A stretch of 64,000 bases of DNA from Candidatus Omnitrophota bacterium (GCA_021735655.1 JAIPGM010000001.1:192001-256000), one strand, 5' to 3'. Positions 43,519-53,545 are shown, counted from the first letter of the stretch. Translations and numbers: made by a program. The notes: generated from the sequence alone by a model not told the origin.

Positions 43519-45081
43519 ATGAAAGCCTTATCTAGCAAGAAGCATTTTATAGTAATTTCATTGATAATGATTTTGTCTTTTCATTTTATAAATAACTTTA
43601 TATGGCTGGCAATTGACGATACTCCGGACGGGGTTGACACTGCTTGGCATTTGATAGAGGCCGCAAAATTCCAGATATTGTTTAGGGGGATATCAGAATC
43701 CAAACAATCGTTATTTAGTAAGATAAAACAAATGTTTTATACGTTTAGAGAAGGGAGCGGCCATATAGCTTGGCCGCCACTTATCTATCTTATTTCTTGG
43801 TTATTGGTCCCTTCTCACTTTTCGCTTTTTTCAATCAGGCTGTATGTAGATTTTTTATTTTTTTCCTTGTTGATAATTTCTGTATATTTTTTAGGGAAGA
43901 AGATTTTTAACAAAAAGACTGGTTTGCTGGCTGCTTTTTTGATAAGTTTTTATCCTTCTGTTTATTTTTCTTCTCGGCAATTTGGACTAGACCTACCGTT
44001 GACAACTTTCACGGCTTTGTGTACTTGTTTTATTTTGTATTCTGAGAGTTTTTCCCGGAGAGGCTACTCTTTGTTGTTTGGCTTAAGTCTGGGCCTCGCG
44101 ACTTGGGCTAAGCTGCAGATAGCTTTTTTCCTGCTGGTGCCATTATGCTGGGAAACTTTTAAAATATTTTCTAAAGCTGTGGAAAAAAAATCCAAATCAT
44201 TGTTTAACTTGATTCTTAGCTTGGCGGTAACATTTATTTTATTTTGGGTATATTGGGGTTCTAAGCTTCAATCAGCCTGGGTAAGCTTTTGTGAGTACGC
44301 TACGTTTCTTTATCCTTCTTTTAAGAACAATTTGTTTATTTTAAGCGAACCGGAAATACCGATATTTAGTATAAGTAATATGTTTTTTTACCCGTCTCAG
44401 ATGCTAAACTACACATCTTGGGTTCTTTTTGCCTTATTCGTAATTGCCTTGATATTATCCTGGCGATACAAAATGAAACGAAGAGGCTTCTTCTTAGCAA
44501 GTTTGATTGTGCCTTATCTTATTTATACTTTTATATCTATGAAATGGGCACGTTACACATTGCCGTTTCTTGTATTCATTGCTTTAATTTCTGCTTGGTC
44601 AATTGATAGTCTTAGGCGTAAATACTTAAAGAAATTTATGTTGAGGGGAATAATTATTTATTGCCTAGGAGTTTTTTTCATAATATCTTGGGTAATTCCT
44701 TACAATAAAACACCTTTTTTCTGCGGAGATTTTTTCGGGTATCATCTTCCTTATTTTCGTCCGCCGGCTTTTGATGCTTACGCTGAAACAGTTAGCGAGA
44801 AAGGAATCATTAACGACATTAAGGGTAAAATCAGCGGTAGCGAGGAAGTAACCATAAGCTATAATAATCACGGAGCCCGCACAGTGCTCGTTTTTTACGA
44901 CATTTTTAGTGACTATATTTTGTCTGGTAAAATAAACTTACGAAGGGACGATGAGCTAAGTTTTTCTGATGCCGACTATATAGTTTTAGGAAATCAGGAT
45001 TGGTTTGAAAAAAAAGATATTCTAAAAAAATATAAGGTTTTGTCTAAGTTGAAAGAAGAAACAGTTTTGTTTAAGGAGTAA
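43519..45081 (+). CDS. GT-C fold membrane glycosyltransferase, PMT/ArnT-like
   Basis: It is a polytopic membrane protein. The first-loop acidic motif is AIDDTPDGVDTAWHL. Its architecture (TM core plus ~130-aa soluble C-terminal domain) matches the neighbouring GT-C paralogs. Confidence 0.6.
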   Translation: MKALSSKKHFIVISLIMILSFHFINNFIWLAIDDTPDGVDTAWHLIEAAKFQILFRGISESKQSLFSKIKQMFYTFREGSGHIAWPPLIYLISWLLVPSHFSLFSIRLYVDFLFFSLLIISVYFLGKKIFNKKTGLLAAFLISFYPSVYFSSRQFGLDLPLTTFTALCTCFILYSESFSRRGYSLLFGLSLGLATWAKLQIAFFLLVPLCWETFKIFSKAVEKKSKSLFNLILSLAVTFILFWVYWGSKLQSAWVSFCEYATFLYPSFKNNLFILSEPEIPIFSISNMFFYPSQMLNYTSWVLFALFVIALILSWRYKMKRRGFFLASLIVPYLIYTFISMKWARYTLPFLVFIALISAWSIDSLRRKYLKKFMLRGIIIYCLGVFFIISWVIPYNKTPFFCGDFFGYHLPYFRPPAFDAYAETVSEKGIINDIKGKISGSEEVTISYNNHGARTVLVFYDIFSDYILSGKINLRRDDELSFSDADYIVLGNQDWFEKKDILKKYKVLSKLKEETVLFKE

Positions 45082-45091
45082 GCAGTAGATT

Positions 45092-46288
45092 ATGTTTTTG
45101 TTTCTTTCGTTGTTGCCTTTAATGGTTGTGTTTTATTGGTTCGGCCTGCCCCGAAAGTGGCGAAGCTTATTTTTATTTGCAATGAGCCTTGTGTTTGCCG
45201 CGTCCATTAGCTTAAGGTATACGTTCTATTTTCTTTTCAATATAGTGATAGTTTATGTCGGCGGAGCCTCAATGCGTAAAACCGACAAAAGAAAAAAAAT
45301 TATTCTTAAATTGTTATTAGTTTGGCTGGTTGGTAATATCTGCTTTTTCAAATACATTGGTCTACTAGCTGTTAGCATGTCGAGGATATCTTGGTTTGCA
45401 TCAATGCCAAAAATACCAATGCCGGGGATAGTTTTACCTTTAGGAATTTCTTATATAATATTCAGGCTCATACATTACATTGTTGAGGTTTATAGAAGGA
45501 ATATGCCCGAGAGTTCCTTTAGTGATTTCGGACTATATATTTTATTCTTTCCGACATTTTTAGCTGGTCCGGTTGAAAGATTTCATAATTTTCATTCCCA
45601 AACTAGAGCCCAGAAAAGTATTTCCGCGGGCACCAGCCTTGGCGATATCAATTACGGATTATTTCGCATTATTTGCGGTATGGTTAAGAAATTCATTATC
45701 GGCGATAGTTTAGCAAGATTGATAATGCCGTTGCTTAATTCACCGCAGAATTATTCGCGTTTGCTGGTGTTGGTGTCTATATACGGTTTAGCTGTACGAA
45801 TCTATATGGATTTCTCAGGTTATACTGACATGGCTATTGGAATAGCTAGATTGTTTGGATACCGGATTGTTGAGAATTTTAAAAAGCCCTTTTTTCAAAA
45901 AAATATAGCTTTATTTTGGAGAAATTGGCATATATCAGTGTATACCTGGATAAGAGATTATTTCTTTTTTCCATTTTTCGGCCATCGGGCTTCCAGTGTA
46001 AAAGTTTATGCTGGCGTGTTTTTTTCTATGCTTGTATTTATGTTATGGCACGGAGGAAACTTTAATTTTTTTATTTTAGGAATTTATCATGGCTTGGGTC
46101 TTTTAACCTGGTATGGGTTTCAGGAGATAAAAAGAAAACATCCTGCGATTCGTCGCTTGACCGTCAAGCCTTATCTGGACCCGTTGGCTATTTTTTTTAC
46201 ATTTAGTTTTGTAAGTTTCGGTTTTATTGTTTTCGCTTTGGACATTAATTGTGCAAAGGCTATTTTACAAAGAGTATTTTTTGTTTAG
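45092..46288 (+). CDS. MBOAT-family membrane O-acyltransferase (DltB/AlgI-like)
   Basis: FWRNWHISVYTWIRDYFFFPF contains the invariant MBOAT His and is comparable to the DltB/AlgI block FWRRWHISLSSWLRDY. A second conserved His lies in LWHGGNFNF. Confidence 0.8.
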   Translation: MFLFLSLLPLMVVFYWFGLPRKWRSLFLFAMSLVFAASISLRYTFYFLFNIVIVYVGGASMRKTDKRKKIILKLLLVWLVGNICFFKYIGLLAVSMSRISWFASMPKIPMPGIVLPLGISYIIFRLIHYIVEVYRRNMPESSFSDFGLYILFFPTFLAGPVERFHNFHSQTRAQKSISAGTSLGDINYGLFRIICGMVKKFIIGDSLARLIMPLLNSPQNYSRLLVLVSIYGLAVRIYMDFSGYTDMAIGIARLFGYRIVENFKKPFFQKNIALFWRNWHISVYTWIRDYFFFPFFGHRASSVKVYAGVFFSMLVFMLWHGGNFNFFILGIYHGLGLLTWYGFQEIKRKHPAIRRLTVKPYLDPLAIFFTFSFVSFGFIVFALDINCAKAILQRVFFV

Positions 46289-46307
46289 CTAAAAAAAGGA
46301 GTCACAA

Positions 46308-46544
46308 TTGAAGGACAAAATAAGAAACTTTATCATTAGCAATTTTATGTTTGATGAGGGTAGTTTAGGAGATGATGATTTACTATTTGAGACAGGGATC
46401 ATAGATTCTATGGGATTTATCAAACTGCTCGCTTTCATTGATAAGACATTTAATCTATCTATGGATATGAGTGAAATAAGCATCGATAATTTTAATACTT
46501 TAAACAATATTGTTAAGAGCTTAGAGCGTAAGATTAATAGGTAA
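46308..46544 (+). CDS. DltC-like acyl/peptidyl carrier protein (78 aa)
   Basis: It is 78 aa. FETGIIDSMGFIKLLAFI is comparable to DltC FEEGIIDSFQTVGLLLEI, which carries the phosphopantetheine-attachment Ser. It lies between the MBOAT and adenylation genes. Confidence 0.7.
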   Translation: MKDKIRNFIISNFMFDEGSLGDDDLLFETGIIDSMGFIKLLAFIDKTFNLSMDMSEISIDNFNTLNNIVKSLERKINR

Positions 46545-46571
46545 TTATTTTATAAAAAGGAGATTCGGAAT

Positions 46572-47717
46572 ATGAATTTTTCCTGGAGTAAAAATCAAGA
46601 AGAACTCAAAAGGGCGGCAACAAAATTTGCGGCGGCCAAACTCAATGATGATATTATTCAAAGGGACAAGAACGGTAAATTTTCCTTAGACGGCTGGAAG
46701 GCCTGCGCTGACTTTGGTCTCCAGGGCATGTTAATGCCCAAAAAGTATGGTGGATTGGGATTTGGGTTACTTGATATAGTAGCTATCTTGGAAGGTATAG
46801 GCTACGGATGTAAAGATAATGGACTTATATTTTCAATCAATGCCCATATTTGGGGGGCAGAGGCGCCGATTTATCATTTTGGTACAGAAACCCAGAAGAA
46901 AAAATTACTTCCCGGTTTTTGTAACGGTAGCTTAATTGGGGCAAATGCAATGACTGAACCCGGTTCAGGTTCGGATGTCTATTCCCTTAGAACTACCGCT
47001 GTTAAAAAGAATAATTATTACACTTTGAACGGAACCAAGATCTTTGTCACCAATGCCCCTTTGGCTGATATATTTATTGTTTACGCTCGTACCGCTAAGT
47101 CTCGAGGATTCTCCGGTTTATCTTGCTTTTTAGTCGAGAAAGGTACCAAGGGATTAGTTATAGGTGAAAATTTCGAAAAAATGGGGCTTAGGACCAGTCC
47201 GATGTCGGAAGTGATTTTTAATAATTGTAAGATACCGAAAAACAATTTAGTCGGTCAAAAAGGTTCAGGAGCCTTGGTTTTTAATGATAGCATGGAATGG
47301 GAAAGGGTTTTTATTTTAGCTAATTGTGTAGGTATTATGGATCGCCAGCTGAAATATTGCATAGAATACGCAAATTCCAGAAAGTTGGATACCAAGCCAA
47401 TCGGTAAATACCAATCCGTAGCCAATAAGATTGTAGATATCCAGTCGAACCTTGAAGTAAGCCGCTTGCTTCTTCATAAGGCCGCTTGGCTTAAGAGCTG
47501 CAAAGAATCGGCATCAATGGCTTCAGCAATGACAAAATTGTATCTTAGCGAAGCTTATATTAAAAGTATTCGCTGTGTCATGGATATCTTTGGTGGATAT
47601 GGATATATGACTGAGTATGAATTGGAGCGCGAATTGAGAGATGCTCTAGCGAGCACTGCCTATTCGGGAACATCGCAGATACAAAAAAATATCATTGCCG
47701 GTCTTAGCGGATTATAA
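46572..47717 (+). CDS. Acyl-CoA dehydrogenase-family flavoenzyme
   Basis: It has the ACAD N-, middle- and C-domain signatures GANAMTEPGSGSDV, GTKIFVTNA and the catalytic-base region DIFGGYGYMTEYELERELRDA. Confidence 0.8.
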   Translation: MNFSWSKNQEELKRAATKFAAAKLNDDIIQRDKNGKFSLDGWKACADFGLQGMLMPKKYGGLGFGLLDIVAILEGIGYGCKDNGLIFSINAHIWGAEAPIYHFGTETQKKKLLPGFCNGSLIGANAMTEPGSGSDVYSLRTTAVKKNNYYTLNGTKIFVTNAPLADIFIVYARTAKSRGFSGLSCFLVEKGTKGLVIGENFEKMGLRTSPMSEVIFNNCKIPKNNLVGQKGSGALVFNDSMEWERVFILANCVGIMDRQLKYCIEYANSRKLDTKPIGKYQSVANKIVDIQSNLEVSRLLLHKAAWLKSCKESASMASAMTKLYLSEAYIKSIRCVMDIFGGYGYMTEYELERELRDALASTAYSGTSQIQKNIIAGLSGL

Positions 47718-47718
47718 T

Positions 47719-49302
47719 ATGGAATACCGATTACCGACATTATTGCGGCAAAGCGCAAAGAGTCAACCTTTTAAAGTTGCCATTAGACAGGGCGAAGAAG
47801 AACTTTCATATGAAGATTTGAATTTGTTGAGTGATAAGTTGGCCTCTTGCTTAGTCGATAAAGGCCTAAAGGTTGGCGACAGAGTAGGAATATATATAGA
47901 TAAATCGATTGATGCTGTTATTGCTATATTTGGTATTTTAAAATCGGGCGGTTGTTATGTTTCTTTGGATCCTTTGGATAATTCCCGGAGGCAGACCTTA
48001 ATTGTTAAGGATTGTTCATTGAAATATTTGATTTCTTCTTCAAAAAAGTTACCATCTCTGGTTAAAATAATACGCGGTATAGATAGTCTAGAGTATATAT
48101 TTGTAGTTGACGCCAACAAAAAAGAAAGTAGCAGGGATTGGTGCGACATTAAGATGGTTTTTAAAAAGGAGATATTTAATTCAGATGTTAGCATTTCCCC
48201 AAGGTCGAGAAGATTAAAAGACAACAACTCGGCATATATACTTTATACTTCTGGTTCAACCGGAAAACCCAGAGGAGTAGAGATTAGTCATCGGGCTTCA
48301 CTTGCTTTCATAAATTGGGCCAATAAGTATTTTAATATTACTAAAGCCGACATTGTGGCGGCTCAGTCTCCGTTTCATTTCGACCTTTCCATTTTTGATA
48401 TTTTCGTCAGCATAAAGGCCGGCGCGACCATTTGTATTGTTCCTCAGTCTTTATCAATTTTTCCTAAATCTTTGGCAGATTTTATCGAGAGCCAGAAAAT
48501 TAGCACTTGGTATTCTACACCTTCGGTTTTAATCAAGCTTCTTTACTACGGTAATCTTCAGAAAAGGAATTTATCAGCCCTAAAAAGAATTATTTTCGCC
48601 GGTGAGGTATTTCCCCCAAAGCATCTGCATAAGCTAATGAAGATATTGCCGGGAGCTAAATACTATAATTTATACGGACCTACCGAAACGAATGTCTGTA
48701 CTTGTTATTTTTTAAAGCGTATTCCTAAGGTAGATAAACCGATCCCGATAGGGTGTCCTTGTCGCGGCCAATATATTTTCATAGTTGATAAGGCTGGCAA
48801 TCTTGTTAAAAACGGTCAATCGGGCGAATTATGTGTTAGCGGACCCACACTTATGCAGGGATACTGGAATAATTCTCAGGCAACCGAGAAAGCTATGATT
48901 AAGCTCAATTTTTTAAATAAAGCCAGTAAGGTATATAGAACTGGTGATTTGGCCAAAATTAGAAAAAACGGAGATATTCTTTATTGTGGCCGTAATGATG
49001 AAATGTTAAAGGTAAGGGGATATCGGGTTGAGCCGGCTGAAATTGAAGCAGTTTTGCATTCATGTCCGGGAATAAAAGAAGCAGCTGTGGTAGGAGTCTC
49101 AGCTGATGCAGCTGGGGACAGAATCAAAGCCGTGATTAGCCTAAAAACTAACTATTCTGTTTCTGAGAGTAAGGTAAAGCTTTTTTGTTCCAGGCAGTTG
49201 CCTTCCTATATGGTTCCTGCGGAAATATTTTTTAAAAAGTCGTTACCTCGGCTTTCTACCGGAAAAATTGATAGGAAGAAATTGAAAACAATTCGAAGAT
49301 GA
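47719..49302 (+). CDS. AMP-dependent adenylation enzyme (DltA-like carrier-protein ligase)
   Basis: Adenylation core motifs are present: YTSGSTGKPRGV (A3), YGPTETN (A5), YRTGDLAKI, GRNDEMLKVRGYRVEPAEIE (A8) and LPRLSTGKIDRKKL (A10). The ATG at 47719 is preferred over the overlapping ORF-track start 47695. Confidence 0.8.
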   Translation: MEYRLPTLLRQSAKSQPFKVAIRQGEEELSYEDLNLLSDKLASCLVDKGLKVGDRVGIYIDKSIDAVIAIFGILKSGGCYVSLDPLDNSRRQTLIVKDCSLKYLISSSKKLPSLVKIIRGIDSLEYIFVVDANKKESSRDWCDIKMVFKKEIFNSDVSISPRSRRLKDNNSAYILYTSGSTGKPRGVEISHRASLAFINWANKYFNITKADIVAAQSPFHFDLSIFDIFVSIKAGATICIVPQSLSIFPKSLADFIESQKISTWYSTPSVLIKLLYYGNLQKRNLSALKRIIFAGEVFPPKHLHKLMKILPGAKYYNLYGPTETNVCTCYFLKRIPKVDKPIPIGCPCRGQYIFIVDKAGNLVKNGQSGELCVSGPTLMQGYWNNSQATEKAMIKLNFLNKASKVYRTGDLAKIRKNGDILYCGRNDEMLKVRGYRVEPAEIEAVLHSCPGIKEAAVVGVSADAAGDRIKAVISLKTNYSVSESKVKLFCSRQLPSYMVPAEIFFKKSLPRLSTGKIDRKKLKTIRR

Positions 49303-49452
49303 AAAAAAACCATAAAACACTCATGGTAACAATTGTTCTCTGTGGTATTATATTTATAATCAGCTATATTTTATATTTTTTTATAAAGCCTCCGCTTGAA
49401 TTTATATATCAACAATTCTAGGATGGCGAATCTTTTTTAAAGGCATGCTATT

Positions 49453-50748
49453 ATGAAGGATTACAATAAGGAGTCTCTTTTTACTGCAGCTGGAAAGTTT
49501 ATTTTTGGCACAGGTATCATCTTTTTACTGCTTTTTTTATTTTATCAGAAGTCATTAATTCTGTCTTTAGATCCTAATCCAAATTTGTCTGAAATTACAG
49601 TTGAGAAAATAAAACTTACCAGGCTTTATTTATTATCGATATCTTTGGTGTTGATTTTCATATCAGGGGCAGCAAAGATGTTGCCGGTTTTTAACCGTTA
49701 TATAAATCGAATAATGGCAATTAAACCAGTGCGGTATTTTTTGTTGATAATGCTGCCGATAGTTATTTTCGAACTATACTTTCAACCTTTAGCTTTGCAA
49801 AAACCGACAATTTTAATGCGGGATGATGATTTAATCTGGAAATTACGGCCAAATAGCGAATCTATATGGGCTGAAGCGATAGTAAAGATAAATTCCAAAG
49901 GCTTAAGGGGTCCCGAGTTAGATTACGCTAAACCGGCTGATACAAAAAGAATCCTTTATTTGGGCGATTCTATAACTTTTGGTTTTAGCTTGAAAAGCTA
50001 CGATCAAACATTTCCCTGTCAGGTTGAGGAAATTTTAGAGGAAGATAATAATAGAAAAGTTGAAACAATAAATGCCGGTGTGGGCGGTTATTCTCCCTGG
50101 CAGGAATATATCTATTTATCAAAAGAAGGTATTAACTATGATCCGGATTTAGTTGTAGTCGCTTTTACCTTAACCGATGTTAGTGAGAAGCTTGGCTTGA
50201 GACGATTCGGCGGCGACAGCGAAGGGGCTCAGCTGGCAGCTTCGGCTATTACGATATTTGATTGGTTAAGTAACAAAAGCCGCATTTTATATTTCATAAA
50301 GGAGGCGGTTACTAACCTAAGATTCAACGGCGATATTGAAAAAATGGTACCGGTTGAAGAAGGGCTTAAAATTACCCAGCTAATAGATGAAGCAAACGAT
50401 CCGGACATTAAAAATGCATGGGAGATTACCTTAAATAATCTTGGTAAAATATTCGATTTTTGTAAAAGTGGAAATGTCCCGGTAATATTAGTTATTTTTC
50501 CGGTAGCGTCTCAATTTGATGATGTTGAGAACATGTCAGGGCCACAACTTTTTGTGAGCAGGTTTGCTAGTAAAAAAAATGTTCTGTCATTGGACTTGCT
50601 GCCTTTGTTATCTCAGAGAGTCAAAAATAAAAAAGTAGACCTAGAAGATTATTTTTTGGGTCCACTTCACTTATCAGCTGAGGGAAATAAGGTAGTTGCT
50701 GAATTAATAGCTGACTTTATTAAGGAAAGTAATATTTTATATTTTTGA
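49453..50748 (+). CDS. SGNH/GDSL-fold hydrolase/acyltransferase with N-terminal membrane anchor (DltD-like role)
   Basis: Two N-terminal TM helices are followed by SGNH block I ILYLGDSITFG, then a GxxG block AGVGG and the C-terminal LGPLHLSAEGN (DxxH-like). Confidence 0.55.
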   Translation: MKDYNKESLFTAAGKFIFGTGIIFLLLFLFYQKSLILSLDPNPNLSEITVEKIKLTRLYLLSISLVLIFISGAAKMLPVFNRYINRIMAIKPVRYFLLIMLPIVIFELYFQPLALQKPTILMRDDDLIWKLRPNSESIWAEAIVKINSKGLRGPELDYAKPADTKRILYLGDSITFGFSLKSYDQTFPCQVEEILEEDNNRKVETINAGVGGYSPWQEYIYLSKEGINYDPDLVVVAFTLTDVSEKLGLRRFGGDSEGAQLAASAITIFDWLSNKSRILYFIKEAVTNLRFNGDIEKMVPVEEGLKITQLIDEANDPDIKNAWEITLNNLGKIFDFCKSGNVPVILVIFPVASQFDDVENMSGPQLFVSRFASKKNVLSLDLLPLLSQRVKNKKVDLEDYFLGPLHLSAEGNKVVAELIADFIKESNILYF

Positions 50749-51620
50749 CTTTTATCAAAATGAGTAAAACCTTAAATATTGAAGATTTGGATAGGGCTGT
50801 ACTTAGGAAATTGGAAACTCTGCAGAGTATTTTTTCTGATATGGGAAGTGCTTTAATAGCCTATTCCGGAGGTGTAGATAGCACGCTTTTAACCAAGGTG
50901 GCCAAGGATGTTCTAAAAAGTAAGGCGGTTGCTGTGACTTCAGAGTCAGAAACTTATCCTTTACGGGAATCAAGGCAGGCTAAGGAATTGGCAAGGCAGC
51001 TGGGAATAAGGCATATTATTATTAATACCCGTGAACTAGATAATGAAGAGTTTTCTAAAAATTCACCTCAAAGATGTTATTTTTGCAAAAAAGAATTGTT
51101 TTCCAGACTTTTGGATTTAGCAAAACAGCATAGTTTAGATTATGTTGTTGAGGGCTCAAATCACGACGATCGGTCTGATTATCGGCCGGGCCTAAAGGCA
51201 ATAGAGGAACTAGGCATAAGAAGTCCTTTAAAAGAAGCCGAGCTAACCAAGAAAGAAATCAGAATACTTTCGAAGATGTTCGGTTTAAGCTCTTGGAATA
51301 AACCGTCTTTTGCCTGCCTATCTTCAAGATTCCCTTACGGAACTAAAATAACCAAAGATGGATTAATAAAGGTTGATCGGGCTGAGGGGGTGTTGCTTAA
51401 ATTTGGCTTTAGCCAGTTAAGAGTAAGAATACATGGGCCAATAGCAAGGATAGAGGTTCCCAAGGAAGATATTTCTTTATTTTTTAAGGCTGGTTTGTCA
51501 GACAGAGTTGTTGAAGAATTTAAAAAAATCGGTTTTTTCTATGTAACTTTAGATTTGGCAGGTTATGAAACTGGCAGTATGAATAAGCTGCTTAAGAGCG
51601 AGGATAAATTTGGATACTAA
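50745..51620 (+). CDS. larE: ATP-dependent sacrificial sulfur transferase LarE (nickel-pincer nucleotide cofactor biosynthesis)
   Basis: The PP-loop is IAYSGGVDSTLL. The C-terminus ...DYRPGLKAIEELGIRSPLKEAELTKKEIRILSKMFGLSSWNKPSFACLSSRFPYG...RVRIHGPIARIEV matches the LarE family consensus, including the sacrificial Cys. Confidence 0.8.
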   Translation: MTFIKMSKTLNIEDLDRAVLRKLETLQSIFSDMGSALIAYSGGVDSTLLTKVAKDVLKSKAVAVTSESETYPLRESRQAKELARQLGIRHIIINTRELDNEEFSKNSPQRCYFCKKELFSRLLDLAKQHSLDYVVEGSNHDDRSDYRPGLKAIEELGIRSPLKEAELTKKEIRILSKMFGLSSWNKPSFACLSSRFPYGTKITKDGLIKVDRAEGVLLKFGFSQLRVRIHGPIARIEVPKEDISLFFKAGLSDRVVEEFKKIGFFYVTLDLAGYETGSMNKLLKSEDKFGY

Positions 51621-52356
51621 AAGACTAAAAAAATTACTTCAGGATATAAAATCGGGCAAAAAAAATGTAGCCTCAGCTATGCGGGCATTAAAGTCTCTAC
51701 CTTTTGAGGATTTAGGTTTTGCTAAGGTGGATACTCATAGAGATTTACGTTGTGGATTCTCAGAAGTCGTATTCTGTCAGGGGAAAACTTTAAACCAAGT
51801 AACAACTATCGTTAAAAAACTTTCCTTGGTTAACTCTTGTGTTTTGGCAACTAAAGCCGATAAAAAGGTTTATAGGGCTATAAAACGAATCAGAAAGAAT
51901 GCTGTTTATTATGAACAGGCAAAAATAGTAGTTATTGGAAAAAATAAAAAGTTAAAGTCAGAAAAAACTATTTTGGTTGTCAGTGCCGGTACTTCGGATA
52001 TTCCAGTAGCCGAAGAAGCCGCGGTTACAGCCATGGTTTTAGGCAATAAAGTTCAAAAGGTATATGATGTGGGGGTCGCCGGTGTACACCGGTTGCTTAA
52101 ACATAAACAAAAACTGTTTAAAGCCAGTGTGATTATAGTTGTTGCCGGAATGGAGGGGGCCTTGGCAAGTATAGTCGGAGGGTTGGTGGATAAGCCGGTT
52201 ATAGCTGTTCCTACCAGTGTGGGTTATGGAGCAAGCTTTAAGGGACTTTCGGCATTACTTACTATGCTTAATTGCTGTGCTCCGGGAATTACAGTGGTAA
52301 ATATAGATAATGGATTTGGGGCAGGGTACGCTGCTAGTATAATAAATCGACAATGA
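51610..52356 (+). CDS. larB: Nickel-pincer cofactor biosynthesis protein LarB (PurE-like carboxylase/hydrolase)
   Basis: It is 248 aa. The N-terminal LarB-specific region contains HRDLRCGFSEVVFCQGKT. The PurE-like core is ILVVSAGTSDIPVAEEA...VAGVHRLL. Confidence 0.75.
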   Translation: MDTKRLKKLLQDIKSGKKNVASAMRALKSLPFEDLGFAKVDTHRDLRCGFSEVVFCQGKTLNQVTTIVKKLSLVNSCVLATKADKKVYRAIKRIRKNAVYYEQAKIVVIGKNKKLKSEKTILVVSAGTSDIPVAEEAAVTAMVLGNKVQKVYDVGVAGVHRLLKHKQKLFKASVIIVVAGMEGALASIVGGLVDKPVIAVPTSVGYGASFKGLSALLTMLNCCAPGITVVNIDNGFGAGYAASIINRQ

Positions 52357-53534
52357 AGATAGCTTATTTTGATTGTTTTTGTGGGATAAGTGGGGATATG
52401 ATTTTGGGGGCATTTTTGGACTGTGGGTTAGATATTGAAGATTTGCGAAAAGAATTGAATAAGTTAAAGTTATCCGATTATCAAATAAAAATTGAGAAAG
52501 TAAAAAAAGGTGTTATCTCAGGTACTAAATTCAGCGTTGACATAAAAAAACAAAAAATCGAGCGTAGCTTAAAAGATATCCTTAAGATTATAGGAGAAAG
52601 TAATTTGGATGCTGATATAAAAAAATCATCCAGAGAGACATTTGAGTTGTTAGCAAAGGTAGAAGCCGAAATACATAATCAAGATATAGAAAAAATACAT
52701 TTTCATGAAGTAGGGGCAGTTGATTCTATAGTAGATATAGTGGGAGCTTTTATAGGAATAAAACTTTTAGGTATTGAATGTATTTATTCGTCAAAGATTC
52801 ATGTCGGGGATGGCTTTGTTAGGTGTCAGCATGGTACTTTGCCTGTTCCTTCGCCGGCCACGATAGCTTTGCTAAAAGGCATTCCGATTTATTCAAAAGG
52901 GATAGACTCTGAATTGGTTACGCCTACTGGAGCTTGCATTATAAGGAAAGTTTCTAAAGGGTTCGGTCTCTTACCAGACATGGAGATAAAAAAAATAGGC
53001 TATGGCGGAGGAAGAAAAGATTTGTCAATTCCTAATCTTTTAAGAATTTTTATAGGGGAAACCGAGGAGGATAATATATACGATAATGATGAAGTAATAC
53101 TTATTGAGACAAACATAGATGATATGAGCCCCGAGGCAGTAGGCTATATTTCAGAAAGATTGCTTAGCCGAGATGCTTTGGATGTTTTCACTACTCCAAT
53201 TTTTATGAAAAAAAACCGGCCGGCAGTAACTTTAAGTATTTTGACCGAACCTAGCAAGCTCGACGACATGCTTTCTTGTTTATTCTCGGAAACAACTACC
53301 TTTGGTATAAGGATGCGTGGTTTTAAGCGGAGAAAACTTTTACGCAAGATTGCTATGATTGATACAAAGTTTGGTCCGATTGCGGTTAAAGTTGGCCGGA
53401 CTAGTGAAGGGATAAAGACTATCGCTCCTGAATATGAATCTTGTAAACAAGTTGCTCAAAAGGAAAATATTCCTTTTAAAAATATATACAGCGAAGTAAA
53501 GAAAATAGCTGATCAAGTTTTAAAAGAAACCTAA
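52353..53534 (+). CDS. larC: Nickel insertion protein LarC (DUF111 family)
   Basis: The N-terminus MKIAYFDCFCGISGDMILGAFLDCG is the LarC/DUF111 signature. At 393 aa it is the right size to contain both the LarC1 and LarC2 parts. Confidence 0.8.
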   Translation: MKIAYFDCFCGISGDMILGAFLDCGLDIEDLRKELNKLKLSDYQIKIEKVKKGVISGTKFSVDIKKQKIERSLKDILKIIGESNLDADIKKSSRETFELLAKVEAEIHNQDIEKIHFHEVGAVDSIVDIVGAFIGIKLLGIECIYSSKIHVGDGFVRCQHGTLPVPSPATIALLKGIPIYSKGIDSELVTPTGACIIRKVSKGFGLLPDMEIKKIGYGGGRKDLSIPNLLRIFIGETEEDNIYDNDEVILIETNIDDMSPEAVGYISERLLSRDALDVFTTPIFMKKNRPAVTLSILTEPSKLDDMLSCLFSETTTFGIRMRGFKRRKLLRKIAMIDTKFGPIAVKVGRTSEGIKTIAPEYESCKQVAQKENIPFKNIYSEVKKIADQVLKET

Positions 53535-53545
53535 AGGCTTAGCTG

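Noticed and set aside
49322-49399. 25-codon hydrophobic mini-ORF (MVTIVLCGIIFIISYILYFFYKASA) between the adenylation and SGNH genes
   Set aside because: It has no RBS and lies in an AT-rich spacer. It could be a leader or entericidin-like micropeptide, but there is no support beyond hydrophobicity.
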